From assembly GCA_038241515.1 (NCBI GenBank), contig JBBSDO010000001.1, forward strand, positions 1 through 40,314: a stretch of DNA of 40,314 nt. Reading direction: 5' to 3'. This document shows, one piece after another, positions 8,430 through 16,302 of the stretch (positions within the stretch are counted from its first letter, which is position 1; each line of letters starts with the position of its first letter). The translations under genes were made by a program, and so were the position numbers. Origin of the DNA: Elusimicrobiota bacterium (lineage in GTDB: Bacteria; Elusimicrobiota; Elusimicrobia; 2-01-FULL-59-12). The notes under the pieces were generated by a model. The model saw nothing but the letters and a program-made list of their open reading frames with translations, had not been told where the DNA came from and searched no databases.

Positions 8430-8452
8430 GTGTGTACACTTATGGTACACAC
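8430..8452. promoter_or_regulatory. Candidate TA operator: inverted repeat GTGTGTAC-N7-GTACACAC
   Basis: The 8-bp perfect arms are 8430-8437 and 8445-8452. The repeat ends immediately before the GGAGG (8453-8457) and ATG 8465 of the antitoxin gene. Confidence 0.4.
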
Positions 8453-8464
8453 GGAGGTACCATT

Positions 8465-8752
8465 ATGAGATCGATTAGTGTCCGAGAACTACGAAGCAAA
8501 TCCGCTCAGGTCTGGCGTGAGCTGGCAAGCGAGCAGGATTTGGTCATCCGATCCAATGGCAAACCGATCGCTATCTTATCGTCGACCACCGAAGAGACTC
8601 TTGAGGAATCGGTCACGGCTCTTCAGCGTGCGCGCTCAACCCTGAGCTTGATGCGCGCTCAAATGGACTCGGTGCGCAAAGGCACTTCAAAAATGCCTTT
8701 CGCGCGAATTAACCAGATTATTTCTGGCGTGAGAAAAGCCCGCGCCAAATGA
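8465..8752 (+). CDS. Type II antitoxin, Phd/YefM-like. The ORF track starts at 8417; ATG 8465 is preferred.
   Basis: MRSISVRELRSKSAQVWREL...VIRSNGKPIAIL is the Phd/YefM-type N-terminus. GGAGG lies 7 nt upstream of 8465. The stop overlaps the toxin start (ATGA). Confidence 0.7.
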   Translation: MRSISVRELRSKSAQVWRELASEQDLVIRSNGKPIAILSSTTEETLEESVTALQRARSTLSLMRAQMDSVRKGTSKMPFARINQIISGVRKARAK

Positions 8753-9159
8753 AGGTGGTGCTTGATACAAACGTCATTGTTTCAGGTTTTCTCAATCCCC
8801 ATGGAGCCCCCGGCCAAATCCTTTATCGGGTGACCCAAGGGGATCTTCAGCTTCTCTACGACGTCCGGATGGTGGAGGAGTACCGCGAGGTGCTTTACCG
8901 CACGGAATTTGAGCTTCCGAAGGACGCCGTGGAGCAGTTCTTAAAATCCGTTCGAAGGGAAGGGCTATTAGTTATTCCGCGACCCTTGAGCCGATACCTC
9001 CCCGACCGAGATGACGAACCTTTTTTAGAAGTGGCATTAGACGGGAACGCTGAAGCACTCGTGACGGGCAATCTCAAACATTTTCCAAAATCGATTGCCC
9101 GCGAGACCTTAATCCTCTCACCCGCTGCTTTTCTCGAGCGCCTAAGTCATCCACGTTAA
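8749..9159 (+). CDS. PIN-domain toxin (TA-system PIN family)
   Basis: MKVVLDTNVIVSGFL.. carries the first acidic residue, ..DDEPFLEVAL.. and ..LVTGNLKHF carry the later conserved acidic/polar positions of PIN nucleases. The gene is coupled to an upstream antitoxin. Confidence 0.85.
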   Translation: MKVVLDTNVIVSGFLNPHGAPGQILYRVTQGDLQLLYDVRMVEEYREVLYRTEFELPKDAVEQFLKSVRREGLLVIPRPLSRYLPDRDDEPFLEVALDGNAEALVTGNLKHFPKSIARETLILSPAAFLERLSHPR

Positions 9160-9209
9160 GCTGTGCAGGATCATTCGACGCAAGCGGTCCCAAACGGTGC
9201 CCAATGACT

Positions 9210-9635
9210 TTAAGGGATTTGGTGGAGGGGGCCGTGCGAGAATTTGAAAATCTGAAAATCCTTGTCAAACGAAAAGACGCGCGATATCTTTTGCCGCTCG
9301 ATGCAGGCGAATGAGGTGCAATCCACCCAACTAAAGGGTTGATCGGCATACTGAAGGGAGATCTGATAGGCGCGTTCCAAGTCCCGTGGCTCGATGGACA
9401 GCAGCCGGACTTCTGCCTCTCCTGAAATCAGGCTGCCCCACAACTGTCGGCCGGCGGCCTCACTGACGCGACGTTGTAGGTAGGTGCACGTTTCGACAAG
9501 CACGAAAGGCGTCGTAACGCGGGACCCCATTGCCTCTACATCCAGCGCGGCCGCAACGGCTCGGGAGTGGTATTGATCGCTCGCATTGGCGAGTGCGATA
9601 AACGCCCCCGTATCGATAAACACCGCATTTTTCAT
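9210..9635 (-). CDS. vapC: VapC-type PIN-domain toxin
   Basis: VFIDTGAFIALANASDQYH..., ...TTPFVLVET... and SFDKDF form the VapC PIN signature. There is an ATGA overlap with the upstream RHH gene. Confidence 0.85.
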   Translation of the reverse strand: MKNAVFIDTGAFIALANASDQYHSRAVAAALDVEAMGSRVTTPFVLVETCTYLQRRVSEAAGRQLWGSLISGEAEVRLLSIEPRDLERAYQISLQYADQPFSWVDCTSFACIERQKISRVFSFDKDFQIFKFSHGPLHQIP

Positions 9636-9916
9636 TGGGCTTTTGGTGGCTGGCGCTCACGGGCTAGATCTTCGTCAATCGCCGTCGCGGAATAATCGTC
9701 ATGACGCACAGATCCGTCGGCCGGGCCTGCCTGGGCTATTCCCACGAGTGTGGACAATCCCTTGTTCGGTTTATTTCGAAGAGCGGGCTGGGTAAAATAG
9801 GCGTCCAAGGCTCTGCGAAGTAGCTCCGTCAAAGGGACTCCCAGGCGGTGGGCCTCATCCCGCAAGAGATGATGTTGATCTTTCCGAAGATAGATTTGCG
9901 TCCGAATATTATCCAT
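9632..9916 (-). CDS. vapB: Ribbon-helix-helix (CopG/VapB-type) antitoxin
   Basis: The N-terminal TQIYLRKDQHHLLRDEAHRLGVPLTELLRRALDAYF has a beta-strand plus two helices pattern typical of RHH. Confidence 0.8.
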   Translation of the reverse strand: MDNIRTQIYLRKDQHHLLRDEAHRLGVPLTELLRRALDAYFTQPALRNKPNKGLSTLVGIAQAGPADGSVRHDDYSATAIDEDLARERQPPKAQ

Positions 9917-9926
9917 AAGCGATAGT

Positions 9927-9944
9927 ATGACATTATAATGTCAT
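9927..9944. promoter_or_regulatory. Perfect 18-bp palindrome ATGACATTATAATGTCAT (vapBC operator/promoter candidate)
   Basis: It lies 11 nt upstream of the vapB ATG, contains TATAAT at its centre, and an extra AATGTCA half-site lies at 9951-9957. Confidence 0.5.
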
Positions 9945-10023
9945 GTATGCAATGTCAATATCGGTGAAAAGCAGATGCATGAGAGCCTATAAGAAAAGGC
10001 GGAGCATATTTTATTTCTCAACG

Positions 10024-10053
10024 TTGTATTAAAGAGAGTGCGATATAATACAA
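10024..10053 (+). promoter_or_regulatory. Candidate promoter of the ligase-associated operon: TATAAT (10044-10049) framed by inverted repeat TTGTATT (10024-10030) / AATACAA (10047-10053)
   Basis: The -10 hexamer ends 8 nt before the ATG at 10058 and there is no Shine-Dalgarno sequence, so the mRNA would be leaderless or nearly so. Confidence 0.35.
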
Positions 10054-10057
10054 ACGT

Positions 10058-11089
10058 ATGACTAAACTTATCGAAGAATCTGCGTTGGGGCTCTATTGCC
10101 GACCGGGGGATTTTTATGTTGATCCCTGGAAGCCCGTTCCGCGCGCGGTAATTACCCATGCCCACGGAGACCATGCTCGCTGGGGGTCCCACTCTTATCT
10201 CACCGCTTTGCCGGGGAAGGCCATCCTGCAAAAACGCATGGGGCCGAACGCGCAGATCGAAGGATTGCCCTACGGCGCTAAACAGCGAATTGGCGACGTG
10301 GATGTTTCCTTCCATCCGGCAGGCCACCTCCTGGGGTCGGCTCAGGTGCGGATCGAACAGGGTGGGGAGGTCACGGTCGTGAGTGGCGACTACAAGGTGC
10401 AAGCGGATCCCACTTGCGCCCCTTTTGAACCCATTCGATGCCACACCTTCTTCACAGAGTCGACCTTCGCCCTCCCTATATATAGATGGAAGAACGAGCG
10501 CGAAGTGATCTCGGAAATCGAAAGTTGGTGGCGCGCCAACCAGGCGTCCGGCCGGACGAGCCTTTTGTTTGCCTACGCCTTGGGGAAAGCTCAGCGCATC
10601 CTCTCCGAAATTGACAGTTCCCTGGGGCCGATCCTTGTCCATGGAGCCGTCTCTCCAATCAATGCGCTCTACCGGGAAGCGGGGGTTTCTTTGCCGGCGA
10701 CCCAGCCGGCCGACCTTGAAAACGCGAAGGCCACTCTAGGAAAGGCGCTCGTCATTGCTCCACCCTCGGCTCGAGGAAACGCTTGGGTACGCAAGTTTCA
10801 TCCCAGCTCAACGGCCTTTGCCTCCGGTTGGATGCAGCTGCGTGGTCCCCGGCGTCGGCGAGCGCTCGACCGCGGCTTCGCCTTATCGGACCACGCCGAT
10901 TGGAACGGACTTCTCCAGACGATCAAAAATACGGGTGCCGAAGAGGTCGCTGTCATGCACGGGCAGACGCACGCGCTGACTCGATACCTTCAAGAAATAG
11001 GTTTGAAGGCTTGGGAAGTGACGCCTCATCATGACGAAGCCGCGAAAACCGAAGAAGTCGAGCAGCCGAATGATGAAGAAGCGCCATGA
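10058..11089 (+). CDS. Ligase-associated DNA damage response exonuclease (metallo-beta-lactamase / beta-CASP fold)
   Basis: It has the HAHGDH motif (VITHAHGDHARWG) and later SGDYK and LSDHADW motifs. It is the first gene of the conserved exonuclease-ligase-helicase-PdeM cluster. Confidence 0.85.
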   Translation: MTKLIEESALGLYCRPGDFYVDPWKPVPRAVITHAHGDHARWGSHSYLTALPGKAILQKRMGPNAQIEGLPYGAKQRIGDVDVSFHPAGHLLGSAQVRIEQGGEVTVVSGDYKVQADPTCAPFEPIRCHTFFTESTFALPIYRWKNEREVISEIESWWRANQASGRTSLLFAYALGKAQRILSEIDSSLGPILVHGAVSPINALYREAGVSLPATQPADLENAKATLGKALVIAPPSARGNAWVRKFHPSSTAFASGWMQLRGPRRRRALDRGFALSDHADWNGLLQTIKNTGAEEVAVMHGQTHALTRYLQEIGLKAWEVTPHHDEAAKTEEVEQPNDEEAP

Positions 11090-12843
11090 GAAGCTTTACC
11101 TCCCTCTACTTTGAACTCGACGAAACGAATCGGACCTCGCAAAAACTGGCGGCTCTCAAACGCTATTTTCGCGAGACCCCTCCAGCGGACGCGATCTGGG
11201 CGCTTTATTTTCTTTCAGGGGACCGCCTCAAACGCCTGATTCCCAGCAAATTGCTTCGCGAATGGGCTTTGGAGCAAACGGCGCTGCCCGAATGGCTCCT
11301 TGCCGAATGTTATGACACCGTCGGTGACTTTGCCGAAACTTTGGCGCTCTTATTGCCCGAAGAAACGGGACGTACGGATGTTTCGCTCCATCAGTTGATT
11401 GAAGAGCAGCTGCAGCCCTTGGCGCTCTTACCGGACAGCGAGCGCAAAGCGCTATTGCTTAAAACGTGGGGTCAACTCGACCAGCGCGAAAAGCTCGTCT
11501 GGAACAAAATGATCACGGGGGAATTTCGCGTCGGGGTTTCTAAGACGCTCGTGATTCGCGCGGTAGCCGACGTGGCTGGCGTTTCTCCGGGGATCATGGC
11601 GCACCGTCTCATGGGACAATGGCGGCCAACGGCTGACGTCTACGACCGGCTCGTCAGCACGGATGCGACAGACGCGGATATCACCCGACCTTATCCTTTT
11701 TATCTCGCTTACCCCCTGAATGGGCCAGCGGCCGATCTCGGGCCTATCGAGAAGTGGCAAGCGGAGTGGAAATGGGATGGAATCCGCGGACAAGTGGTGA
11801 AGCGAGGGCCGAGGGCCGAGTCCCAAGACCCGAGTGGGAACGCCGGGGGACTGGACTCCGAGCCCTCGGCTCTCGGAACTGTTTCTATCTGGTCCCGCGG
11901 AGAAGAGCTCGTGACGGAACGTTTTCCAGAAATTCAGAAGGCCGCCTCCACCCTACCGGTGGGGACTGTTATGGACGGCGAAATTCTCGGGTGGCGGGAT
12001 GGCCGGCCGCTCCCCTTTGCGCATTTGCAACACCGGTTGGGACGGAAAAAAGTAAGCGCCAAATTGCAAAGCGACTATCCTGTGGTTTTCATGGTCTACG
12101 ATTTGCTCGAATTAAAAGGCCAGGATCTTCGCGCCCGTCCGTTGTCGGACCGGCGGGCCGAGCTTCGCAATCTTATCGCGGGACTTCCCGACAAAGCGAT
12201 GTTTCCACTTTCTCCAACCCTTGAGGCCAGGAGTTGGGAAGACGTTGCGACGCATTTTCAACAGTCGCGGGCAGGGGCCGTCGAAGGCGTGATGCTCAAA
12301 CGCAAGGCATCGCCCTATCGCGTGGGGCGCCAAAAGGGCGATTGGTGGAAGTGGAAAATAGATCCGTACCACATTGATGCGGTGCTTATTTACGCCCTGC
12401 AGGGACAGGGCCGTCGCGCTAGCCTCTATACGGATTACACCTTTGGGGTCTGGAGCTCGGGGAAACTGGTCCCAATTGCCAAAGCCTATTCCGGTCTGAC
12501 CGATGAAGAAATCCGCAAAGTGGACAGCTACGTGCGGCGCAACACGCTCGAGCGCTTCGGTCCGGTCCGCGTCGTAAAGCCGGAGCTCGTTTTTGAGCTC
12601 GCCTTTGAAGGCATTCAGCTTTCCGGACGCCACAAGGCGGGTGTTGCCGTGCGCTTCCCAAGGATGAGCCGGTGGAGACAGGATAAAAAGGCGGACGAGG
12701 CGGATACGTTGGATAGTTTAAAGAAACTAATCTCGCCCTTCAACGCGGGCCCTCTCCCCCTGGAAGACCAGGCGCTCACAGCTTCCTCCGCGAGGGCTCC
12801 AAGTAACGAATCGGAAGGGCGCGGAGATGCCCGGGCGATATGA
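11086..12843 (+). CDS. ATP-dependent DNA ligase (ligase-associated DDR type)
   Basis: Adenylation motif I is EWKWDGIRGQ. Also present are DGEILGW, FMVYDLLE, GVMLKRKASPYRVGR and WWKWK (motifs III-V) and an OB domain. There is an ATGA overlap at both ends. Confidence 0.9.
   Translation: MRSFTSLYFELDETNRTSQKLAALKRYFRETPPADAIWALYFLSGDRLKRLIPSKLLREWALEQTALPEWLLAECYDTVGDFAETLALLLPEETGRTDVSLHQLIEEQLQPLALLPDSERKALLLKTWGQLDQREKLVWNKMITGEFRVGVSKTLVIRAVADVAGVSPGIMAHRLMGQWRPTADVYDRLVSTDATDADITRPYPFYLAYPLNGPAADLGPIEKWQAEWKWDGIRGQVVKRGPRAESQDPSGNAGGLDSEPSALGTVSIWSRGEELVTERFPEIQKAASTLPVGTVMDGEILGWRDGRPLPFAHLQHRLGRKKVSAKLQSDYPVVFMVYDLLELKGQDLRARPLSDRRAELRNLIAGLPDKAMFPLSPTLEARSWEDVATHFQQSRAGAVEGVMLKRKASPYRVGRQKGDWWKWKIDPYHIDAVLIYALQGQGRRASLYTDYTFGVWSSGKLVPIAKAYSGLTDEEIRKVDSYVRRNTLERFGPVRVVKPELVFELAFEGIQLSGRHKAGVAVRFPRMSRWRQDKKADEADTLDSLKKLISPFNAGPLPLEDQALTASSARAPSNESEGRGDARAI
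11803..11876. repeat. GC-rich imperfect palindrome inserted in frame in the ligase gene
   Basis: CGAGGGCCGAGGGCCGAGTCC (11803-11823) faces GGACTCCGAGCCCTCGGCTCTCGG (11853-11876). It encodes GPRAESQDPSGNAGGLDSEPSALG between motif I and the next strand. Confidence 0.65.
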
Positions 12844-15413
12844 ACATACCCATCGAATCGTGGTTTGAAAACCGCGGTTGGAAGCCGTTCGACTTTCAGC
12901 GCGAAACCTGGGACGCGTACCTGCGCGGCGATAGCGGCGTCGTGCACGCGCCGACGGGGGTGGGCAAGACCTACGCCGTGTCTCTGGGGCCCCTCATTGA
13001 ATGGATGAAAGGGTGGGACGGCGCCGAGGCGGGTCTTACGGAACCGGCGCCCCTCCAGATGCTATGGATTACGCCGCTCCGCGCGCTCGCCAACGACACC
13101 GTGAAGAATTTAAAAGCCCCGCTAACGGATTTACGCCTGCCCTGGTCGGTCGAGATGCGCACGGGAGACACCCCGACGACCATCCGCGAACGCCAGCGAA
13201 CCAGAGCGCCTTCCATTCTTGTCCTCACCCCGGAAAACCTTTCATTGATGCTCTCCTACCCCGAAACCGAAAAGAATTTTCGCACCCTGCGCTGCGTCGT
13301 CGTCGACGAATGGCACGAGCTATTAGGTTCGAAGCGCGGTGTTCAAACGGAGCTCGCACTCGCGCGCTTGCGAAACTGGCTTCCGCATTTGCGGACCTGG
13401 GGGTTATCCGCGACGCTGGGAAATACCGAGCAGGCGATGGAAGTGCTGCTAGGCATGAGGGCCGAGGGCCTAGGACAGAGGCCAGAGTCGCCGCACCCAG
13501 CGAGGTCTCCGGGTGTCCTTATTCAAGGAGACCACCCAAAGCAAACGGTGATCGAAACCCTCTTGCCCGACGATATGGAGCATTTTCCCTGGGCCGGTCA
13601 CATGGGTCTCGTGATGCTGCCGCAAGTTTTGGAAACCCTTGAAAAAGCCAACAGTACGCTCCTCTTCACGAACACTCGATCGCAAGCCGAGATGTGGTTT
13701 CGCACTCTTTTGAACGAAAGACCTGAATGGGGAACGCGGATCGCGCTGCATCACGGTTCGATGGAAAAAGACATCCGCAGGAATGTGGAGATCCAATTGC
13801 GGGCGGGCGAGATGAAATGCGTGGTCTGCACTTCCAGCCTGGATTTGGGGGTGGATTTTTCCCCGGTGGATCAGGTCATTCAATTGGGGGGACCCAAGGG
13901 CGTCGCCAGGCTTCTGCAAAGGGCAGGACGCAGCGGCCACCAACCCGGAGCCATCTCGCGAATTGTCTGCGTCCCCACGCAGGCCCTCGAAATTGTGGAA
14001 TTCGGCGCCGTGCAGGATGCGATTTTCAAAAGGCAACTAGAAGCGCGGCGCCCGCTCGAGCGATGTCTTGATGTGCTTGTTCAACATCTCGTCACGGTGG
14101 GGCTCGGCTCTGGTTTTCGGCAAGAGGCCATGCTGAGCGAGGTACGCACGGCCCACGGCTACCGCCAATTAACGGATCCGGAATGGCGGTGGTGCCTCCA
14201 CTTTGTGACGGGAGGCGGTCCGGCCCTCGGCGCTTATCCTCAATACAGCAAGGTGGTTGAAAGGAACAAACTATTCAACGTTCCTTCGCCGCAGATCGGC
14301 CGTCTCCATCGCATGTCGATCGGAACGATCACAAGCGACTCCATGCTGAAAGTGCAGTTCATGAAGGGCGGCGTGCTTGGCACGATTGAGGAGTCCTTTG
14401 TATCGCGCCTCCTGCCGGGGGAAGCCTTTAGTTTCGCCGGGCACATCTTGCAACTCCTTCAGATCAGAGATATGACGGCGTACGTAAAACGTTCTTCTAA
14501 CAGGAAGGGAGCCATTCCGCGCTGGATGGGCGGCCGGCTTCCGCTCTCGACGGAACTGGCCGCGGCCGTGCGTCAGAAACTGAATGAAGCCAAACACGAT
14601 CAATTTGTCGGTCGCGAAATGGAAAAGGTAAAGCCCGTTCTTGAACTACAAGCCCGTTGGTCCAAAATTCCCGCTCCCGACGAATTGCTTATCGAGCAGA
14701 CTTCGTCGCAAGAAGGACACCACGTATTTTTATTTCCCTTCGCCGGTCGGCTCGTGCAGCAAGGCCTCTCGTCTCTCTTGGCCTATCGTCTCGCGCGGGA
14801 TTTGCCGCAGACCATCCGCGTGGCCGCGAACGATTATGGGATGGAACTGCTTTCCCTAAAGCCCTGGAACCTTTCCGAAGTCGATTGGCGGCGGTATCTC
14901 TCTGCGGAGCGACTGATGGAAGACCTGATGGAATGCTTGAACGCCACTGAAATGGCGCGCCGCCGTTTTCGGGATATCGCTCGCATCGCCGGACTCCTAT
15001 TCCAAGGATACCCAGGCGCGGGAAAAAGTACGAAGCAACTGCAGGCCTCTAGTTCCCTTTTCTACGACGTCTTCGTTCGTTACGATCCCGGGAATCTCTT
15101 GATCGACCAAGCCCGCCGCGAAGTCTTGGAATCGCAGCTCGAATTCGTGCGGCTAAAGGAAGCCTTGGAAGAAATCCAAACGATGAAGATTGTTATGGCT
15201 TATCCTCGGCGCTTGAGTCCGCTGGCATTTCCCATTTGGTCGGAGCGTATGCAACAGAGCCAGGTCACGACCGAACCCTGGGGTGAACGGATCAGACGCA
15301 TGTCGCTGCAGCGCGAGGAAATTGAATCGGCCATGAAAATCACGATCCAAGACGACCGCCAGTTCGCCGAACGCTGGAAGAAGCGGGTGGCGGCGCTGCC
15401 GGAGATAAAATAA
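12840..15413 (+). CDS. Ligase-associated DEXH-box helicase (Lhr-like)
   Basis: It has HAPTGVGKT (motif I), VVDEWHEL (DEXH), GLSATLGN (III) and QRAGRSGH (VI), plus a long C-terminal DUF-like region typical of this family. Confidence 0.9.
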   Translation: MNIPIESWFENRGWKPFDFQRETWDAYLRGDSGVVHAPTGVGKTYAVSLGPLIEWMKGWDGAEAGLTEPAPLQMLWITPLRALANDTVKNLKAPLTDLRLPWSVEMRTGDTPTTIRERQRTRAPSILVLTPENLSLMLSYPETEKNFRTLRCVVVDEWHELLGSKRGVQTELALARLRNWLPHLRTWGLSATLGNTEQAMEVLLGMRAEGLGQRPESPHPARSPGVLIQGDHPKQTVIETLLPDDMEHFPWAGHMGLVMLPQVLETLEKANSTLLFTNTRSQAEMWFRTLLNERPEWGTRIALHHGSMEKDIRRNVEIQLRAGEMKCVVCTSSLDLGVDFSPVDQVIQLGGPKGVARLLQRAGRSGHQPGAISRIVCVPTQALEIVEFGAVQDAIFKRQLEARRPLERCLDVLVQHLVTVGLGSGFRQEAMLSEVRTAHGYRQLTDPEWRWCLHFVTGGGPALGAYPQYSKVVERNKLFNVPSPQIGRLHRMSIGTITSDSMLKVQFMKGGVLGTIEESFVSRLLPGEAFSFAGHILQLLQIRDMTAYVKRSSNRKGAIPRWMGGRLPLSTELAAAVRQKLNEAKHDQFVGREMEKVKPVLELQARWSKIPAPDELLIEQTSSQEGHHVFLFPFAGRLVQQGLSSLLAYRLARDLPQTIRVAANDYGMELLSLKPWNLSEVDWRRYLSAERLMEDLMECLNATEMARRRFRDIARIAGLLFQGYPGAGKSTKQLQASSSLFYDVFVRYDPGNLLIDQARREVLESQLEFVRLKEALEEIQTMKIVMAYPRRLSPLAFPIWSERMQQSQVTTEPWGERIRRMSLQREEIESAMKITIQDDRQFAERWKKRVAALPEIK
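13457..13470. repeat. GAGGGCCGAGGGCC 14-mer identical to 11804-11817, at the start of an apparent in-frame insertion in the helicase gene
   Basis: This is an exact 14-nt match to the ligase insertion but is read in a different frame (..GMRAEGLGQRPESPHPARSP..). It lies just after motif III. Confidence 0.6.
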
Positions 15414-16061
15414 GTGGTGACGCTCCGCATTTCCGATCAAACCCTCGATCTTTTTCCCGCCAAAGCGGTGTACTGGCGGGAGCGCCAGACGCTCCTCGTG
15501 ACCGACCCGCACTTTGGAAAGGCCGCTTTCTTTCGTGCCAAGGGGGTGCCGGTCCCGCACGGAACAACCGCCACCGACCTCGATCGGTTGCATCGATTGC
15601 TGGACGAAACGCGCGCGACCCGCCTCGTGATCCTCGGAGATTTTTTTCATGCGAAGCTGGGGCGCGCCCGGCGGACGCTTTCAAATATGCGCGCTTGGCG
15701 CCGGGCCCATGCCCAGTTGGAAATTATTTTAATTCGCGGCAACCATGACGATCATGCCGGAGATCCTCCGCGCTCTTGGGGAATTTCGTGCGTGGAGGGG
15801 GGCTTTTCGGACCCGCCGTTTGTTTTTAGCCACGAGCCCGAAACATCCGAAAACGGGTACGTCCTCTCCGGCCACATTCACCCCGCCGTCTTGCTTGCGG
15901 GCCGTGATGGTTCCTGCCTGAGGGTGCCTTGTTTTTCGTTTGGTCCACGCACAGCGCTCCTCCCTTCCTTTGGGACATTCACCGGTGGATGGACCATCAC
16001 GCCCCGACGCGAAGACCGCATTTTCGCCGTCGGCCCTGATGAGGTCGTAGAGGTTGGTTGA
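15414..16061 (+). CDS. pdeM: Ligase-associated DDR metallophosphoesterase/endonuclease PdeM
   Basis: A GTG start directly follows the helicase TAA. It has the calcineurin-like motifs LLVTDPHFGK, LVILGDFFH, IRGNHD and LSGHIHP. Confidence 0.8.
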   Translation: MVTLRISDQTLDLFPAKAVYWRERQTLLVTDPHFGKAAFFRAKGVPVPHGTTATDLDRLHRLLDETRATRLVILGDFFHAKLGRARRTLSNMRAWRRAHAQLEIILIRGNHDDHAGDPPRSWGISCVEGGFSDPPFVFSHEPETSENGYVLSGHIHPAVLLAGRDGSCLRVPCFSFGPRTALLPSFGTFTGGWTITPRREDRIFAVGPDEVVEVG

Positions 16062-16302
16062 TTAGTGAATCTCGCCGTAAACATAAACGCAGCGCATTTA
16101 TCGTTCCCATCTGTCCCACTCCGTCGCTTGCACTCGGTCGCCCCGCCTGGCCTGCTCTGTCGGGGGCCCAACGACAAAGTCCTAACTGCCTAGCCCATTG
16201 GTCCCGGCATCCCGGGCCTTTCGGGAAGGGAAAAAATGAGCTTTAAATTAACAGTGCGGTAACTGGGCCGAAATGGCGCTGTAACAAGGTTAAAGTACAC
16301 TT

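Noticed and set aside
8434-8445. 12-mer GTACACTTATGG shared with 16295-16306.
   Set aside because: At the first site it is part of the TA operator palindrome, and at the second it spans an ATG upstream of the barrel gene. Flanks do not extend the match, and I could not tie the two sites to a common function. I treated it as a probable coincidence, though the chance expectation is low (roughly 0.005 for this window).
9941-10642. 233-aa minus-strand ORF.
   Set aside because: It is antisense to the MBL exonuclease gene, which has a clear HxHxDH motif, and it runs through the promoter region.
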